DNA of 62,879 bases, filler included, from Basidiobolus ranarum (taxonomy: Eukaryota): the NCBI GenBank assembly GCA_040143965.1. It is 46 parts of 46 records of this genome, joined end to end, with 100 filler letters (N's around TTAATTAATTAA, not from the genome) between each part and the next. Parts side by side here need not be neighbours in the genome. Positions count along the whole stretch, not along the records: positions 61,616 to 62,879 come from JASJQH010005776.1; 45 more parts are not named here. The stretch is one strand, 5' to 3'. The notes beneath the pieces were generated by a model that worked only from the letters and a program-made list of their open reading frames with translations, searched no databases and was not told the DNA's origin. Of the stretch, positions 61,516-62,879 are shown in pieces; the stretch's first letter is position 1, and every line of letters starts with the position of its first letter. Both the position numbers and the translations under genes were made by a program.

Positions 61516-61615
61516 NNNNNNNNNNNNNNNNNNNNNNNNNNNNNNNNNNNNNNNNNNNNTTAATTAATTAANNNNNNNNNNNNNNNNNNNNNNNNNNNNN
61601 NNNNNNNNNNNNNNN

Positions 61616-61723
61616 AAGTGATATTTGACTAAATAATGTTGACTAACTAATATGTGATATATGAAATAGTTAGGTGTATAAAGATAGGGATAACATATAT
61701 GATAAAGACAATAAACTTCAACA
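61616..61723 (-). repeat. LTR-B 5' part
   Basis: Reverse complement starts TGTTGAAGTTTATTGTC. Confidence 0.85.
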
Positions 61724-61976
61724 GGAAGTATTTTGTTAGCCAAAGGCCTCATCCCCTTCTTTAGGCTGAAATTCTGCTCTATGTGATATGGCATCAGGCT
61801 TTCCTTGCTGGCTACCTGGTCAATATGTAATCACAAAATCAAAACTGGCAAGAAATGATGACAATCTTACTTGAAGATGGTTGAGAACTTTGGTTGTACT
61901 AAAATATTGAAGATTCTTGTGATCACAATAAACTGTGATTTTATAATTTGCTCCATCCAAGTATTGTTGCCATTGT

Positions 61977-62879
61977 CCCTAACAGAAATTTGAGGATTGT
62001 TATCATAAGAAAACTGTCACAATTTTAATCCATTTGGGATTGACCATTTACTTACCATCACAAAATTGTCAAGTTAGATTTGATTTGAATCAATTTTTTC
62101 AGTTTCAAGAGCAAAATTTCAAGATCTTGCAAGATAGTTGCGCATGATTAGCTACAATCTCAGTGAACTATAGATGAACACATGTGCAAAAAACGTAACC
62201 CAAATTTTACACAATTATCACTTGAATGCTAATTTGTCACCATTGAAATCCTTAGTCTCTTTGATATATTCTCCTGAATATTTTTATAGAGTTCTTCATA
62301 CCCAGGTTTAGCTCATACCCAACACAAGATTGTATCAATATCTCCATCAAAGCCCACCATTGTATTAGTGTTGCTGAATCAACATTCTTCCAGCTATCTG
62401 GTGGATACCCAGCAATATTGTGCCACTCGGTATTAAGTTCATGCCAGATATCAGCATGATCAACACCAGACTGAATGTCAAGTTGAATGTTCTTCTTCTG
62501 AAGCCACTTTCCGCAAGCTTGCACTGCATTTTTTCCTTCATACTTTTGAAAATACTCCTCAAACACTTTGACTATTTTTGTATGTCCTTGTAGTGTGACA
62601 CTACTGAGGGTTGCTTTGCAGTGCTTGTGTGGCTTTTTGCTTGCCTTTACCTTTGGGGCTAATTTCAACAATTTGAAAAGTACCAGTTGAGGTTGGAGAG
62701 CCATGAGTTTCATTTGCTGGTGTTTTGGCTGGTTGCGAGGTGCCAGGTGTTGGATAAGCTTCCAAATTTAGCACTCTTCCAACTGGTGTCCCTGGTTCCA
62801 TGGTGAAATTAAGCTTTTTTGCCAGTATCTCTGACTCTGTAAATGCAGATCTTTGTAATGGTTGCAAGAATTTGGTAAG
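61977..62879 (-). mobile_element. CACTA ORF2-side terminus and ORF2 C-terminal third
   Basis: CCCTAACAGAAAT at 61977; ORF2 motifs with a frameshift. Confidence 0.9.

Noticed and set aside
1274-61615. Regularly spaced TTAATTAATTAA palindromes resembling a repeat array or CRISPR
   Set aside because: They are artificial linkers embedded in N runs between size-sorted contigs
1-62879. Gene-cluster or operon-like interpretation of neighbouring contigs (e.g. BAR gene beside PTR2)
   Set aside because: Contigs are ordered by length, so adjacency across spacers carries no information

Overview
This is not a contiguous locus. It is 46 unplaced contigs of ~1.26-1.27 kb, sorted by decreasing length and joined by 45 artificial 100-nt spacers (N44-TTAATTAATTAA-N44), so adjacency across a spacer means nothing and ORFs ending in 'X...LIN' are artefacts. 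The source is an AT-rich eukaryote, most likely a fungus (short GT-AG introns; Con-6-like, Gvp36-like BAR, POT/PTR2 and CBM19-like genes). Most of the DNA is degenerate, nested, CpG-depleted transposon sequence. It includes several Ty1/Copia families whose primer-binding site (GGTTATGAGCCC) indicates priming by a half tRNA-iMet, two Ty3/Gypsy fragments, and one abundant CMC/CACTA-type DNA transposon that can be rebuilt across contigs (CCCTAACA termini; transposase and a second ORF transcribed divergently). Highlights: (1) a Copia gag-pol copy whose 5' LTR end carries a tRNA-like Pol III cassette in place of the family's usual LTR; (2) the divergent two-gene CACTA element; (3) an LTR family that consistently ends TG...TA; (4) a CpG-eroded three-tRNA cluster that includes a Tyr-type tRNA with a CTA anticodon; (5) an LTR-like segment with three phased heat-shock-element arrays. 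A minority of contigs carry fragments of host genes, several of them small secreted proteins.
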